Below are positions 26,272-38,958 of a DNA stretch of 64,000 bases, piece after piece. Made by a program: the position numbers and the translations under genes. Position 1 is the stretch's first letter. Each line of letters opens with the position of its first letter. The notes beneath the pieces were generated by a model. It was not told where the DNA came from. It searched no databases and worked only from the letters and a program-made list of their open reading frames with translations. The stretch comes from Squalus acanthias (Eukaryota). The stretch spans positions 1-64,000 of the forward strand of contig JASTWF010000323.1 of NCBI GenBank assembly GCA_030390025.1, read 5' to 3'.

Positions 26272-26348
26272 CCTTTAACCAGCCTGGGTGCTTTGTGGAG
26301 CAGCGATCCTTTGGGACCTCAGTCTCGGGAATCTTCCATCCACCAGAA
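26272..26348 (-). CDS. Cassette 1 exon B (middle D8C exon)
   Basis: ttccag|T...AAGG|gtaatt, 77 nt, phase 2-1; identical to 14824-14900. Confidence 0.92.
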
Positions 26349-26509
26349 CTGGAACAACAATCACAGAGTCAGCCCCTGAACTGATGGCTTTTATTAACTT
26401 ACAGAAAGACTGGGAACAGACTGGTTTGTAAAGGTGACACCGTGTTTCTGCTCTTCAAGTTAGGGACCGGGGTTAAATAGCTGGTTTTGGTTAAAGCAGC
26501 AGCTGAGAG

Positions 26510-27110
26510 ATTAGTAACTATTAATACTACATTGAATTAGCAACTGTTAATATTATATTAAATTAGTGACAGTTAATACTGCATTAAATTAGTAACTGTT
26601 AATACTATACTTGATTAGTGACAGTTAATACTACATTAAATTAGTAACTGTTAATACTATATTTAATTAGTGACTGTTAATACTACATTAAATTAGTAAC
26701 TGTTAATACTATATTTAATTAGTGACTGTTAATACTACATTAAATTAGTAACTGTTAATACTATATTAAATTAGTAACTGTTAATACTATATTTAATTAG
26801 TGACTATTAATACTACATTAAATTAGTAACTGTTAATACTGCATTAAATTAGTAACTGTTAATACTATATTAAATTAGTGACAGTTAATGCTACTTTAAA
26901 TTAGTTTCTGCTAATACTGTATTAAATTAGTAACTGTTAATATTATATTAAATTAGTAACTATTAATACTGCATTAAATTTGTAACTGTTAATACTAAAT
27001 TAAATTAGTGACAGTTAATACTACATTAAATTAGTAAGTGTTAAAACTACGATATATTAGTAACTGTTAATAATCTATTAAATTAGTAAGTGTTAATAGC
27101 ATATATTAAT
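26510..27110. repeat. 26-bp AT-rich minisatellite
   Basis: About 22 tandem copies of ATTAGTAACTGTTAATACTAYATTAA. Confidence 0.92.
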
Positions 27111-27172
27111 AACTTCAATTAGGTACCCCTCTAGAGTTAGTAAAGTTGGGTAATAGTCAAATAAATAGAGGC

Positions 27173-30100
27173 ATGGCAGCTCAGTCCCAAGGATTCCGAA
27201 TCTTGTGCCATGTTGGAAACCCAAGACGTTTCCCGTCTGCTGCACAACCACGTGTGCAGCATGTGTCGTCAGCTGGAGGGGCTCGCATCCGGTTTTTGGA
27301 GCTTGAGCAACCGCTGGCGTCACTGCGCTGCATCCGCGAGGCTGAGAGCTACGAGCATAGCATGTTTCAGGAGGTGGTTTCCCCACAGCTAAGGAGTGCA
27401 CCGGCAGAGAGGGCATGCGTGACCGCCAGACATGAGAGGGGGACCAGGCAGGTAGTGCAGGAGTCCGCTGAGAGCATCTCGCTCACCAACCAGTATTCTG
27501 TTCTGAGTAGTGGTGAGGGCGATGGTTCCACTGTGGATTACAAACGGAGCCAAGTCCACGGCATCACGGTTGTCTCATTACAGCGGGGTGGAGGATCATA
27601 GGGAAAGCAATAGTGGTAGGGGTTTCGATTTAGTGGAGCAGACAATTGTTTCTGATGCCGCAAATGTGACTCCAGGATGATATGTTACCTCCCTGGTGCC
27701 AGGGTTAAGCATGTTACAGAGCGGCTGCAGAAGATTCTGATGGTGGAGGGTGAACAGCCAGAGGTCATGGTCCATATCATTACCAACGGAATAGGTTGAA
27801 ACACGGATGAGGTGCAGCAGGCAGATTTTAGGGAGCTGGGACAGAGATTTAAAACAGGACCTCAAAGGTAGTAATCTCTGGATTACTCCCGGTTCCATGC
27901 GCGAGTGAGTATAGAAATAGGAGGATAGAGCAGATGAATGCGTGGCTGGAGAGATGATGCAGGAGGGGAGGCTTCAGACTCTTGGGGCATGGGAGACTCT
28001 TCTGGGGCTGGTGGGACCTGTACAGGCCATACGGGTTGCACCTCAACAGAGCCAGTACCCATATCCTCGCGGGGAGATTTGCTAGTGCTGTTGAAGAGGG
28101 TTTAAACTAAGTTGACAGGGGGACAGGAAGCAGGATGTAGCATTAGGAAGGAGAAGGAACGGGCACAAAGGATTGTGAGAGACGGATAGCACTAAATAAG
28201 AAAGAGTAAGATATAAGGTGGCGTCAGACTAAGAGAGAACACAGGATGGTCTAAGACAGGTTTGCATTGTATGTATGTGAACGCACGAAGCATAGTAAAC
28301 AAGGTGCAGGCGCAAATAGCCACATAGGTGTATGTGTCCATAAGGGAGACCGTGCTCAAAAAAGAGCAGGATTGGTTATTAAATATTCCTGAATCTAAGT
28401 TGTTAAGGAAAGATAGGGAAGAAAAATAGGAGGTGGTGTGGCAGTATTGGTTAAGGAGAATGTTACAGTTCTGGAGAGAAAGGATGTCCTGTAGGGGTCA
28501 AGGACAGAATCAAATGTCTGGAGTAAAGATAAAATAGAGGTGCCATTACACTACTTGGGTACTTTATAGAACACCAAATAGTGGGAAGAAAATGGAGGAG
28601 CGAACTTGCAGAGAAATTATAGAGAGATGCAAGAACTATAGAGTAGTGATAATGGGGGACTTCAACTCTCCAAATATAGACTAGTATAGTAATAGTGTAA
28701 AGGGCAGAGAGGGGGAAGATTTTCTGGAGTGTGTAAAGGAAATCCTTCTTGATCTGTATGCTTCCAGCCCAACGAGGATGGAGGCATTGCTGGATCTGAT
28801 CCTGGGGAATGAGGACGGTCAAGTGGAGCAAGTGTCAGTCCGTGAATATTTAGGGAACATTGATTATATTATCATAAGGATCAGATTAGCTATCGAAAAG
28901 GAGAACGATCAATCGAGAGTAAAATTAATTAAGGGAGGAAGGCCAATTTCAGTGGGATGAGAATGGATTTGTCCCGGGTAAATTGGAATGAAAGATTGGC
29001 AGTCAAAACGGTAATGTAAGAATGGCCTGTCTTTAATTAGGAAGTATTTCAGGTACAGTCGAGTTACATTCACACTAGGGGGAAGGTAAGGGTAACCAAA
29101 GCCAGAACTCCCTGGATGACAAAAGAGATAGAGAGTAAGATGAAGCAGTAGAAGAGCGCGTATGACAGATGTCAGGTCGAGAATACATCTGAGAATCAGG
29201 CTAAATATAGAAAGTTCAGAAGAGAAGTGAAGAAGAAAATAGGAAGGGCTAAGCACGGTATGAGAATAGAATGGCAGCTAATATAAAGGTAATCCAAAGG
29301 TATTCTATATGCATATAAATAGTAAACAGGTATTAAGAGGATGGGTGGTGCCGATTAGGGACCAAAAATGAGCCCTACTCATGGAGGCATAGGATATGGC
29401 TGAGGTGCTAAATGAGTTTTTGCATCTGTCTTCACCAAGGAAGAGGATGCTGCCATAGACATAGTGAAGGAGGAGGTAGAGGAGGTACTAGAGGGGATAA
29501 AAACTGATAAAGAGGAGCTACTAGAAAGGCTGGCTGCACTTAAGGTAGATAAGTGACCAGGACCAGATGGGATGCATCCTAGGATGCTGCGGGAAGTGAA
29601 GTAAGAAATCGCAGAGGTACTGGCCATAATCTTCCAACCCTCCTTAGAAATCGTGGTGTTGCCAGAGGACTGGAAAATTTCAAATGTTACAGCCTTGTTC
29701 AAAAAACGGTGTTAAGATAATCCCAGCAACTACAGGCCAGTCAGTTTAACCTCGGTAGTGGGGAAGCTTTTAGAAACAATAATTAGGGAAAAAATTAACA
29801 GCCACTTGGACAAGTGTGGATTAATTAAGGAAAGCTAACACGCATTTGTTAAAGGCAAATCGTGCTGAACCAACTTGATCCAGTTTTCTGATGAGGTAAC
29901 AGAGAGGGTTGATGAGGGCAATGCGTTAGACGTGGTGTACATGGATTTACATAAGACGTGCGACAAAGAGCCATATAACAGGCTTGCCAGCAAAGTTGAA
30001 GCCCATGGAATAAAACGGACAGTGGCAGCAAGGATTCGAAATTGGCTAGTGACAGGAAACAGAGTGTAGTGGTGAACAGTTGTTTGTCGGACTGGAGGAT

Positions 30101-31077
30101 GGCCTACAGTTGTTCTCCCCAGGGGTCAGTTCTAGAGCCACTGCTTTTCTTGATATATATAAATGACTTGGATGTGGGTGTACAGGGCACAATTTCAAAA
30201 TGTGCACATGCCACAAACTTCGAAGTATAGTAAACAGTGAGGCGGATAGTGATATAATTCAAGAGGACATAGACTGGCTGGTGGAATGGGCGGCCACGTG
30301 GCAGATGAAATTTAATGCTGAAAAGTGCGAAGTAATACATTCTTGTAGAAATAATGGGGAGATGAAATATAAACTAAGGGATAAAAAATCCTAAAGTGGG
30401 TGCATGAACAGAGAGACCACGGGGTATATGTGCACAAGTCGTTGAAGGTGGCAGGACAGATTGAAAAAGCTTCATGAATAGATGTATAGAGTAAAAAGCG
30501 TGAATATTAAAATGAACCTATCTAAAACACTGGTTCGGCCTCAACTGGAGTATTGTGTCCAATTCTGGACAGCGCACTTTAGGAAGAAAATGAACGCCTT
30601 AGAGAGGGTGCAGAAAAGATTTATAAGAATGAATCCGCGGATAAGGGACTTCAGTTATGATGATAGACTGGAGAAGCTGGGGTTGTTCTCCGTAGAGCAG
30701 AGAAGAGATTTGATAGAGGTGTTCAAAATCATGAGGGGTCTGGACTGAGTAAAAAGAGAGAAACGGTTCCCATTGACAGAAGGGTCGAGAACCAGAGGAC
30801 ACAGATTTAAGGTGATTGACAGAAGAACCAAAGGCAACATAGGAAAAACTTTTTTGTTCAGCGAGTGGTTAAGATCTGGAATGCAACGCCCGAAGTTGTG
30901 GTGGTGGCAGACTCAATCAGAGCTTTCAGAAGAGCGTTGGATAAGTAACCAGCGGAAAAGTAATTGCAGGTCTACGGCGAAAGGGCGGGGAGTGGAACTG
31001 GTTGATGTAATCTTGCAGAGAGCTAGCACGGGCTAGATGGGCCTAATATCCCTCTTCCATGATGTTACCATTCTATG
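27173..31077 (+). mobile_element. Near full-length decayed CR1 LINE (~3.9 kb)
   Basis: ORF1 start ATGGCAGCTCAGTCC, esterase and RT remnants (RPQLEYCVQFW), 3' end ...ccattctatg. Confidence 0.9.
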
Positions 31078-31121
31078 AAAGACTGGGACCCGCAGAGAGA
31101 ACCGGAAAATGAGGCCCATCC

Positions 31122-31850
31122 ATTACTCTCTGTCCCCGTTCTATATTCCCCTCTATCCCGGGTATCTCCTTTTACTCTCTGTCCCCGTTCCATATACCCC
31201 TCTATCCCGTGTATCTCCCTTTACTCTCTGTCCCCGTTCTATTTTCCTCTCTATCCCGGGTATCTCATTTTACTCTCTTTCCCCGTTCTATATTCCCCTC
31301 TATCCCGGGTATCTCCCTTTATTATCTGTCCCCGTTCTATATACCCCTCTATCCGGGTATCTCCCTTTACTCTTATTCCCCGTTCTATATTCCCCTCTAT
31401 CCCGGGTATCTCTCTTTATTCTCTGTCCCCGTTCTATATTCCTCTCTATCCCGGGTATCTCCCTTTACACTCTGTCCACGTTCTGTATTCCTCTCTATCC
31501 CGGGTATTCCCCTTTACTCTCTGTTCCCATTCTATATTCTCTCTATCTCGGTATCCACCTTTACACTCTGCCCTTTTCTATAATTCCCTCTATCTTAAAG
31601 AAGGAGATAGATAGATTTCGAGACACAAAAGGAATCAAGGGGTATGGGGAGAGAGCGGGACTATGGTATTGAGATAGAGGATCAGCCATGATCATATTGA
31701 ATGGCGGAGCGGGCTCGAAAGGCCGAATGGCATCCTCCTGCACCTAGGTTTCTATGTTTCTATATTTTGGGTATCTCTCCTAACACTCTGTCCCTGTTCT
31801 ATATTCCCCTCTATCCGGGGTATCTCCCTTTAATCTCCCTGTTTCTCTCT
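31122..31850. repeat. 49-bp minisatellite interrupted by a short CR1 3' end (~31590-31765, plus)
   Basis: Same unit as 20715-21660; insert reads aagaaggagatagatagattt...ggtttctatgtttctat. Confidence 0.9.
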
Positions 31851-32019
31851 GCAGAGTCCGGTTGTAACCCTTCCCCTATTTGAACTACTTGCCCTATATT
31901 TCTGACTGATGATCCCGGTCTCTCTGCAGTTCCCATTCCAACACTCACACATCCATCTGTTTTGGACATTTACTCCTCGCTTATCGACTAGTTTATCTGT
32001 AATTTCCCCCTCACGTTAC

Positions 32020-32170
32020 CTTTTAAATCTGTACCATCCTTGAACAAGATCTTTATCACTCTTCCTCTTCTCATGAACGACGCACTTATTCTTAATACAG
32101 TCCGTGCTCCTCCAGGTGTCCTCTAGGACTGTGTGATCTTCACACGGGTCAGAGAGTGCGGAGTCTGTGA
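32020..32170 (-). CDS. Cassette 1 exon A (signal-peptide end plus N-terminal D8C half)
   Basis: ccctcag|TC...AAAAG|gtaacg, 151 nt, phase 1-2. TDSALSDPCEDHTVLEDTWRSTDCIKNKCVVHEKRKSDKDLVQGWYRFK. Confidence 0.92.
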
Positions 32171-32742
32171 CTGAGGGACAGAATGATGATTCATGTTAAT
32201 ATAAAGTGCAGTTAATGTTACAATTTGGCTTGTACCCCCCGAAGCACCAAAAACCTCAGCCTCACTTTCCGCCCTGTTAGAAATTCCCCCAAATGAAAGC
32301 TGGAAACATTCCTACTTCTCTAAACCAGAATTCCTCTGTCTCCCAGCCCAGCCTCCCCTCTAACTCTCTGCTCACAGACAGTCCTCTCTATTCTAGATTC
32401 ACCCTTAGCTCTCAGCTAACAGAAAGCTACAGAAACCTCAGCTTCACTTCGTCCAATCGAAAAGCTGCAAATGTAAAGCTGGAAGTTCACGATTCTGTAA
32501 ACCAGGCTTCGTTCTGTGTCCATAAAAGTTGGTTTCCATTTTACTTCTATTAACACAGAGACTCGGGATGACCGGCTCCCTCTCACCCTCTCCCTCCCTC
32601 CTCACAGACAGTTCTCTCTGTTCTACATTAACTGTTATGTCCCAGCTACAGAACGCCGTGTGCCCGGGTAAGTTTCAGGCTGCAGTTTCCGCGGGAACCT
32701 CCAACGTTTGGGACCCTCCTCCTGCACCTGCAGACTGAGCTG

Positions 32743-33106
32743 GTGAACACTGAGTACAGATGGTGAAGGACACTCCATGTTCAGGGAGATATATCATCGG
32801 GTATCTCAATCCCCAAATGAACACTGAGTGCAAATGTTGTTTGACTCTCCATGGTCAGTGAAAGATATCATGGGGTATCTCAGTCCCCAGGTGAACACTG
32901 AGTGCAGATGGTGAGGTACACTCGATGGTCAGTGAGAGATATCATGGGTATCTCAGTCCCCAGGTGTACACTGAGTGCAGATGGTGAGTGACACTCGATG
33001 GTCAGTGAGAGATATCATGGGGTATCTCAGTCCCCAGGTGAACACTGAGTGCAGATGGTGAGTGACACTCGATGGTCAGTGAGAGATATCATGGGGTATC
33101 TCAGTC
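32743..33106. repeat. 74-bp minisatellite, ~5 copies
   Basis: GTGAACACTGAGTGCAGATGGTGAGTGACACTCGATGGTCAGTGAGAGATATCATGGGGTATCTCAGTCCCCAG in tandem. Confidence 0.9.
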
Positions 33107-33299
33107 CGATAGCGAAATTAGATTAAAAATAACTTTATGTTATTGTTTATTCATTGATAAACTATAAAATTGTATATGTATATAATTAATATATTAATAC
33201 CGAATACATAAATACATTGAAAGCAGAATATCAAAGGTATTTTAATAACATTATACAAATTGTATGATAAATATTCTGATAGAATTACTGAGTGTATGA

Positions 33300-33850
33300 A
33301 TATCATAGAATCATGGCATAGTCCAGCACTGGTGGAGGCCATTCGGCCCATCGAGACTGCGCCGGCTTTTTCGAAGATCAATCCAGTTCGTCCCACTCGC
33401 CCACTCTTTCCCCATATCCCAGCAATACTTATCCTGCAATTTTTTACACAATTCCCTTTTGAAGGCTGCTACTGAATCTGTTCCCACCACCCTATCAGGC
33501 AGTGCTTTCCAAATCCTAAACACTCGTTGTGTAAAAATCCTTTATCTCGTTTCGCCTCTGGTTATTTTCCCAATCACCTTAAATCTGTGCCCTCTTGTTA
33601 TCAACCATTCAGCCAGTGGAAACAGTTTCTCTTTATTTTCTTTATCTAAATCCTTCATGATATTTAACAACTCCGTAAAATCTCCTCTTAGACTTCTCTG
33701 CTCTAAGGATAACAACCCCAGTTTCTCCAGTCTATCCATATAACTGTAATCCCTCATCCCTGGAACCATTCCAGTAAATCTCTTCTGTGCCCTCTCCAAA
33801 GCCTTCCTAAAATGACGCGCCCAGAATTGGACACAATTCTTCAACTCTGA
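33300..33850 (-). mobile_element. CR1 3' fragment
   Basis: ORF 33542-33844 (CVQFWARHFRKALERAQKRFTGMVPG). Confidence 0.85.
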
Positions 33851-34442
33851 CCGAACTCGTGAATATGAAAAATAAATTTAAAGATAAATATAAGAATAGA
33901 ATATAAAGATTTCAAATAAATGACAATGGGAAATATAAACAAAAATACAAATGTAAATGATAATTTAAATGCACAAATACATAAATATAAGTATTAAATT
34001 AAAAAAAACAAATTCAGCACGCTAAATATTAGAAGGAAATATGTAAATATAAGTATAATATTTACAGTAAATATCAGTTTCTGTGCAAATAAAGAGCAAT
34101 GATTTCAGGGCATCTCAAAGGTAGTAAAATTTTTCAATTCAATTGCGGTGAAAACAGAGCCAAGGAAGGCTGAAAATATACAATATCAATCAATAATGCA
34201 AATGTTAAAGATATATTACAAATCCATAATAAATAATATCAATCAATAATGCAAATTTTAAAGATCTATTACAAATCCTTAATATATAATATCAATCAAT
34301 AATGCAAATGTTAAAGATCTATTACAAATCCATAATAAATAATATCAATCAATAATGCAAATGTTTAAGATCTATTACAAATCCTTAATAAATAATATCA
34401 ATCATCAATGCACATATGAATGATCTATTAAAAATCCTTAAT

Positions 34443-36690
34443 AACAACAACAATGTATACTTATATAGCGCAAATAACGCAGTAAAACGTCCCAAGGCGC
34501 TGCACAGGAGTATTTTAAGAAACAAATTTGACACCAGCCTCATAATGATAAATTAGGGCAGGTGACCAAAAGCGTGGTGAAAGAGCTATGTGGGAAGGAG
34601 CGTCTTAAAGGAGGAAAGAGAGGTAGCAAGGCGGGAGGTTTACGCCAGGAATTCCAGAACTTGGGGCCAAGGCAACAGAAGGCACAGCCACCAAAGGTTG
34701 AGCGATTTCAATCAGGGATGCTCAAGAGTCCAGAATTAGAAGAGCACAGATATCTCGGGGGTTTGTGGGGCTGAAGGAGATTACAGAGATAGGAATTGGG
34801 GAGGCCGTGGAGGGATTTGAAAACAAGGATGAGAATTTTGAAATTCGGGCGCTGCTTAACCGGGTGCCAATGCAGGTCATCGAGCAAAGGGGAGATGGGC
34901 GAACGGGACTTGGTGCGAGTTAGGACACAGGAAGCCGAGTTTTGGATGACCTCAATTTTACACAGGGTGGATTATGGGATGCCAGCCAGGAGTGCGTTGG
35001 AATAGGCAAGATGTAGCAAAGGCATGGATGAGGGTTTCAGCAGCACATGAGCTAAGGCAAGGGCAGAGACGGGCAACGTTATGGAGGTGGAAGTAGGCGG
35101 TCTTTGTCATGCTGCGAATATGTGGTCGGAATCTCATTGCATGGTCAAATATGACACCAAGGTTGCGAACAGTGTGGTTCAGCCTCAGACAGATGTTGGG
35201 GAGAGGGATGGAGTCAGTGGGTGGGTAACGGAGTTTCTGGCGGTGACGAAAATAATATCTTCGGTCATCCCAATATTTATTTGGAGAACATTTTTGCTCA
35301 TCCAGAACTATATGTTGGACAAGCAGTCTGACAATTTAGACACCGTGGAGGGGTCGAGTGAAGAGGTGGTGAGGTAGAGCTGGGTGTCGTCAGTGTACAT
35401 ATGGAAACTGATGCTGTGTTTTCGGTTGATGTCGCCAAGGGGCAACATGTAGCTGAGAAATAGGAGGGGTCAAGGATTGATCCTTGGGAGCCACCAGAGG
35501 TAACGATGCGAGAGCGGGAAGAGAAGCCGTTGCAGGTGATTCTCTTGCTAATATTAGATAGATAAGTATGGATCCAGGTGAGAGCAGTTCAACAGAGCTG
35601 GAAAACGGTGGAGAGGCGTTGGAGAAGGATGGAGTGGTCAACCGTGTCAAAGGCTGCAGACAAGCCAAGAAGGACGAGGAGAGATAGTTTACTTTTGTCA
35701 CAGCCATAAAGGATGTCATTTGTGACTTTGATGAGAGCCGTTTCGGCACTGTGGCAGGGCGGAAACCTGATTGGAGGGATCCAAACATGGATTTGCGGGG
35801 AAGATGGGCACGGATTTGGGAGGCGACAACACTTTCAAGGACTTTGGAGAGGAAAGGGAGGTTGGAGATGGAATGGTAGTTTGCAAGGACCGAGGGATCA
35901 AGGTTTGTTTTTTTGAGGAGAAGGGTGACGACGGCACATTTGAGGGCGAGTGGGACAGTACCTTTTAGAGAGAACCGTTAACAATATTACCTAACATGGG
36001 AGACGGAAAAGGAAGTTGGGTGGACAGCAGTTTGATGGGAATAGGGTCGAAGGTGCAGGAGTTGGGTCTCATGGACAAGATGAGTGCAGAGAGGTCATGA
36101 GGGAAGATTGGAGAGAAACTGGAGAAAGATGTGAGTTCAGTGCTAGGGCAGGGGGGAAATTACCGTAAGTTCGGCCTGGTTTGGTAGGGGAAGGAAGGGA
36201 AGTGGCAGAAACAGCTGAATGGATAGACTCAATATTAAAGACAAAGAAGTCAATGAGATCCTTACACTTGTTATCGGAGGTGAGGGTGGAGGAGACAGTG
36301 TAGAGCGTTTTAAGAAGACGGTTAGCAGTAGAAAATAAGACTTGGGATTTATCATGCATTCAAGAACGATTCTGAAATAATGAGCAATTTCGACAGACGA
36401 CAGCAGGACTCAATAATGCTTTCCGTGGTCCAGCCAAATCAGGCGCTGAATGGCTGAACCAGATGTTCGCCATATCCGTCCAAGTCTGGACCCTTGGACT
36501 TAAGGAAGCAAAGATGAGAGCCGTACCATGGTGAACGGCCAGAGTGACAATAAATTTTTCTAGTAGGACATAGGGCATCAAAGGTGATGTTGAGGGTGTG
36601 GTTGTGCAGATCGGTAGCTGTAGAAATGTCATGGTAAATGGAGGGTCAGAGGCTGGACAGTTGGGATTTCAGAAGTGCAGTTGTAAGAGA
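34443..36690 (-). mobile_element. L2 LINE, 5'-truncated, decayed
   Basis: RT remnant [10 protein letters not shown] (35390-35788 -). L2-type 3' end ...GCGCTATATAAGTATACATTGTTGTTG on the minus strand. Confidence 0.85.
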
Positions 36691-38958
36691 GTTGGTAGTG
36701 GGGAAATCCTGAATAAGTAATATCAATCAATAATAAAAATATTAAAAGGTCCATTACAAACCCTTAATTAATAATAATCAATAATGCAAATATTAAAAAT
36801 CTATTGCAAATCCATGATAATGCCAATATTAAAGATCTATTACAAATCAATTTTAAATAATATCAATCAATAATGGCAATATTAAAAAAATATTACAAAT
36901 GCATAATGAATAATATCAATAAATAACGCAAATAATAAAGATCTATTACAAATCCTTAATAAATAAATGGATCATTAATGCAAATATTAAAGACCTATTA
37001 CAAATCCGTAAAAAAGAACATCAATCATTAAAGTAAAAATTAAAGATCTTTTGCAAATCCATAATAAATAATTTCGATCAATAATTCAAATATTACAGAT
37101 CTATTGCAAATCTGTAATAAATCAAATCAATCAAAAATGCAAATATTAAAGATCTATGGCACATTCATAATAAATAACATGGATCAATAATGCAAATATT
37201 AAATATCTATAACAAATCCTTAATAAATAACATCGATCAATAATGCAAATATTAAAAAACGATTGCAAATCCATAATAAATAACTTCGATCAATCATTCA
37301 AATATTAAAGATCTATGGCAAATCCAGAATAAATTATATGGATCAATAATGCATATATTAAAGATCTGTTAAAAATCTTTAATAAATAACATCGATCAGC
37401 AATGGAACTATTAAAAATCTATTACAAATCCGTAATAAATGACATCAATAATGTGATATTAAAGAACTATTAAAAACCTTCAAAAATTACATCAATAATG
37501 CATATATTAAAGATCTAATACAAATCCTAAATACATGACATCAATCAATAATGCAAATATTAGAGATCTATTACAAATCCTTCATAAATAATATCAATAA
37601 TGAAAATACTAAAGATCTATTGGAAATCCATAGTAAATAACATCGATCAATAATTCAAATATTAATGATCTATTGCAAATCTTCCTAAATAAAATCAGTC
37701 AATAATGCAAATATTAAAGATCTATTACAAATCCTTAATAAATAACATGGATCATTGATGCAAATATTAAAGATCCATTACAAATCCTTAATAAATAAAC
37801 TCAATTAATAATTCAAATATTAAAGATATATTGCAATTCCACAATTAATAATATCAATAAATTATGCAAATATTAACGATCTATTACAAATCCTTAATAA
37901 ATAACATGGATCATTGATGCAAATATTAAAGATCCATTACAAATCCTTAATAAATAAACTCAATTAATAATTCAAATATTAAAGATATATTGCAATTCCA
38001 CAATTAATAATATCAATAAATTATGCAAATATTAAAGATCTATTACAGATCCTTAATAAATAACATCAATCAATATAGCAAATATTAAAGATCTATTGCA
38101 GATCCTTAATAAACAACAAGGATCATTAAAGAAAATATTACAGATCTATTAGAAATCCTTAATAAACAACATCAATCAATAATTCAAATATTAAGGATCT
38201 ATTGCAAATCCATAATAAATAACTTTGATCAATCATTCAAATATTAAAGATCTGTGTAAAATCCAGAATAAATAATATGGATCAAAAATGCAAATATTAA
38301 AGCTCTGTTACAAACCCTGAATAAATAACATCAATCAATAATACAAATATTAAAGATCTATTACAAATCTTAAAAAATAACATCAATAATTGAAATATTA
38401 AAGGTTTGTTACAAATCCTTAATACATAACATCAATAAATAATGCTAATATTAAAGATCTATAACAAATCCTTCTTAAATATATTGGATCATTAATGCAA
38501 ATATTAAAGATCTATTACAAATCCTTAATAAATAATATCAAACAGTAAAGCAAATATTAAAGATCTCTTACAAAACCCGAATAAATAACAGCGATCAATA
38601 ATGCAAATATTAAGATCTATATAGAAATCCTTAATAAATTATATCAATCAATAATGGAACTATTAAAAATCTATTACAAATCCTTAATAAATTACGTCAA
38701 TAATGGAAATATTAAAGATCTATTACAAATCCATAATAAATAACATCAATCAATAATATAAATAATATAGATCTATTACAAAGCCTCAATAAATAACATC
38801 AATCCATAATGCAAATATTAAATAATTTTTACAAATCTTTAATAAATAATATCAATAAGGTAAATATTAAAGATCTATTGCAAATACATTATATTGCAAA
38901 TCCATTATAATGGAAATATTAAAGACATATTACAAATCCATACTGAATAATATTATTA

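Noticed and set aside
20587..31672. Repetitive ORFs (YSLSPFYIPLYPGYLPLL...) at 20.6-21.7 kb and 31.1-31.7 kb
   Set aside because: They are translations of a 49-bp minisatellite (not a multiple of 3) that lacks stops by composition.
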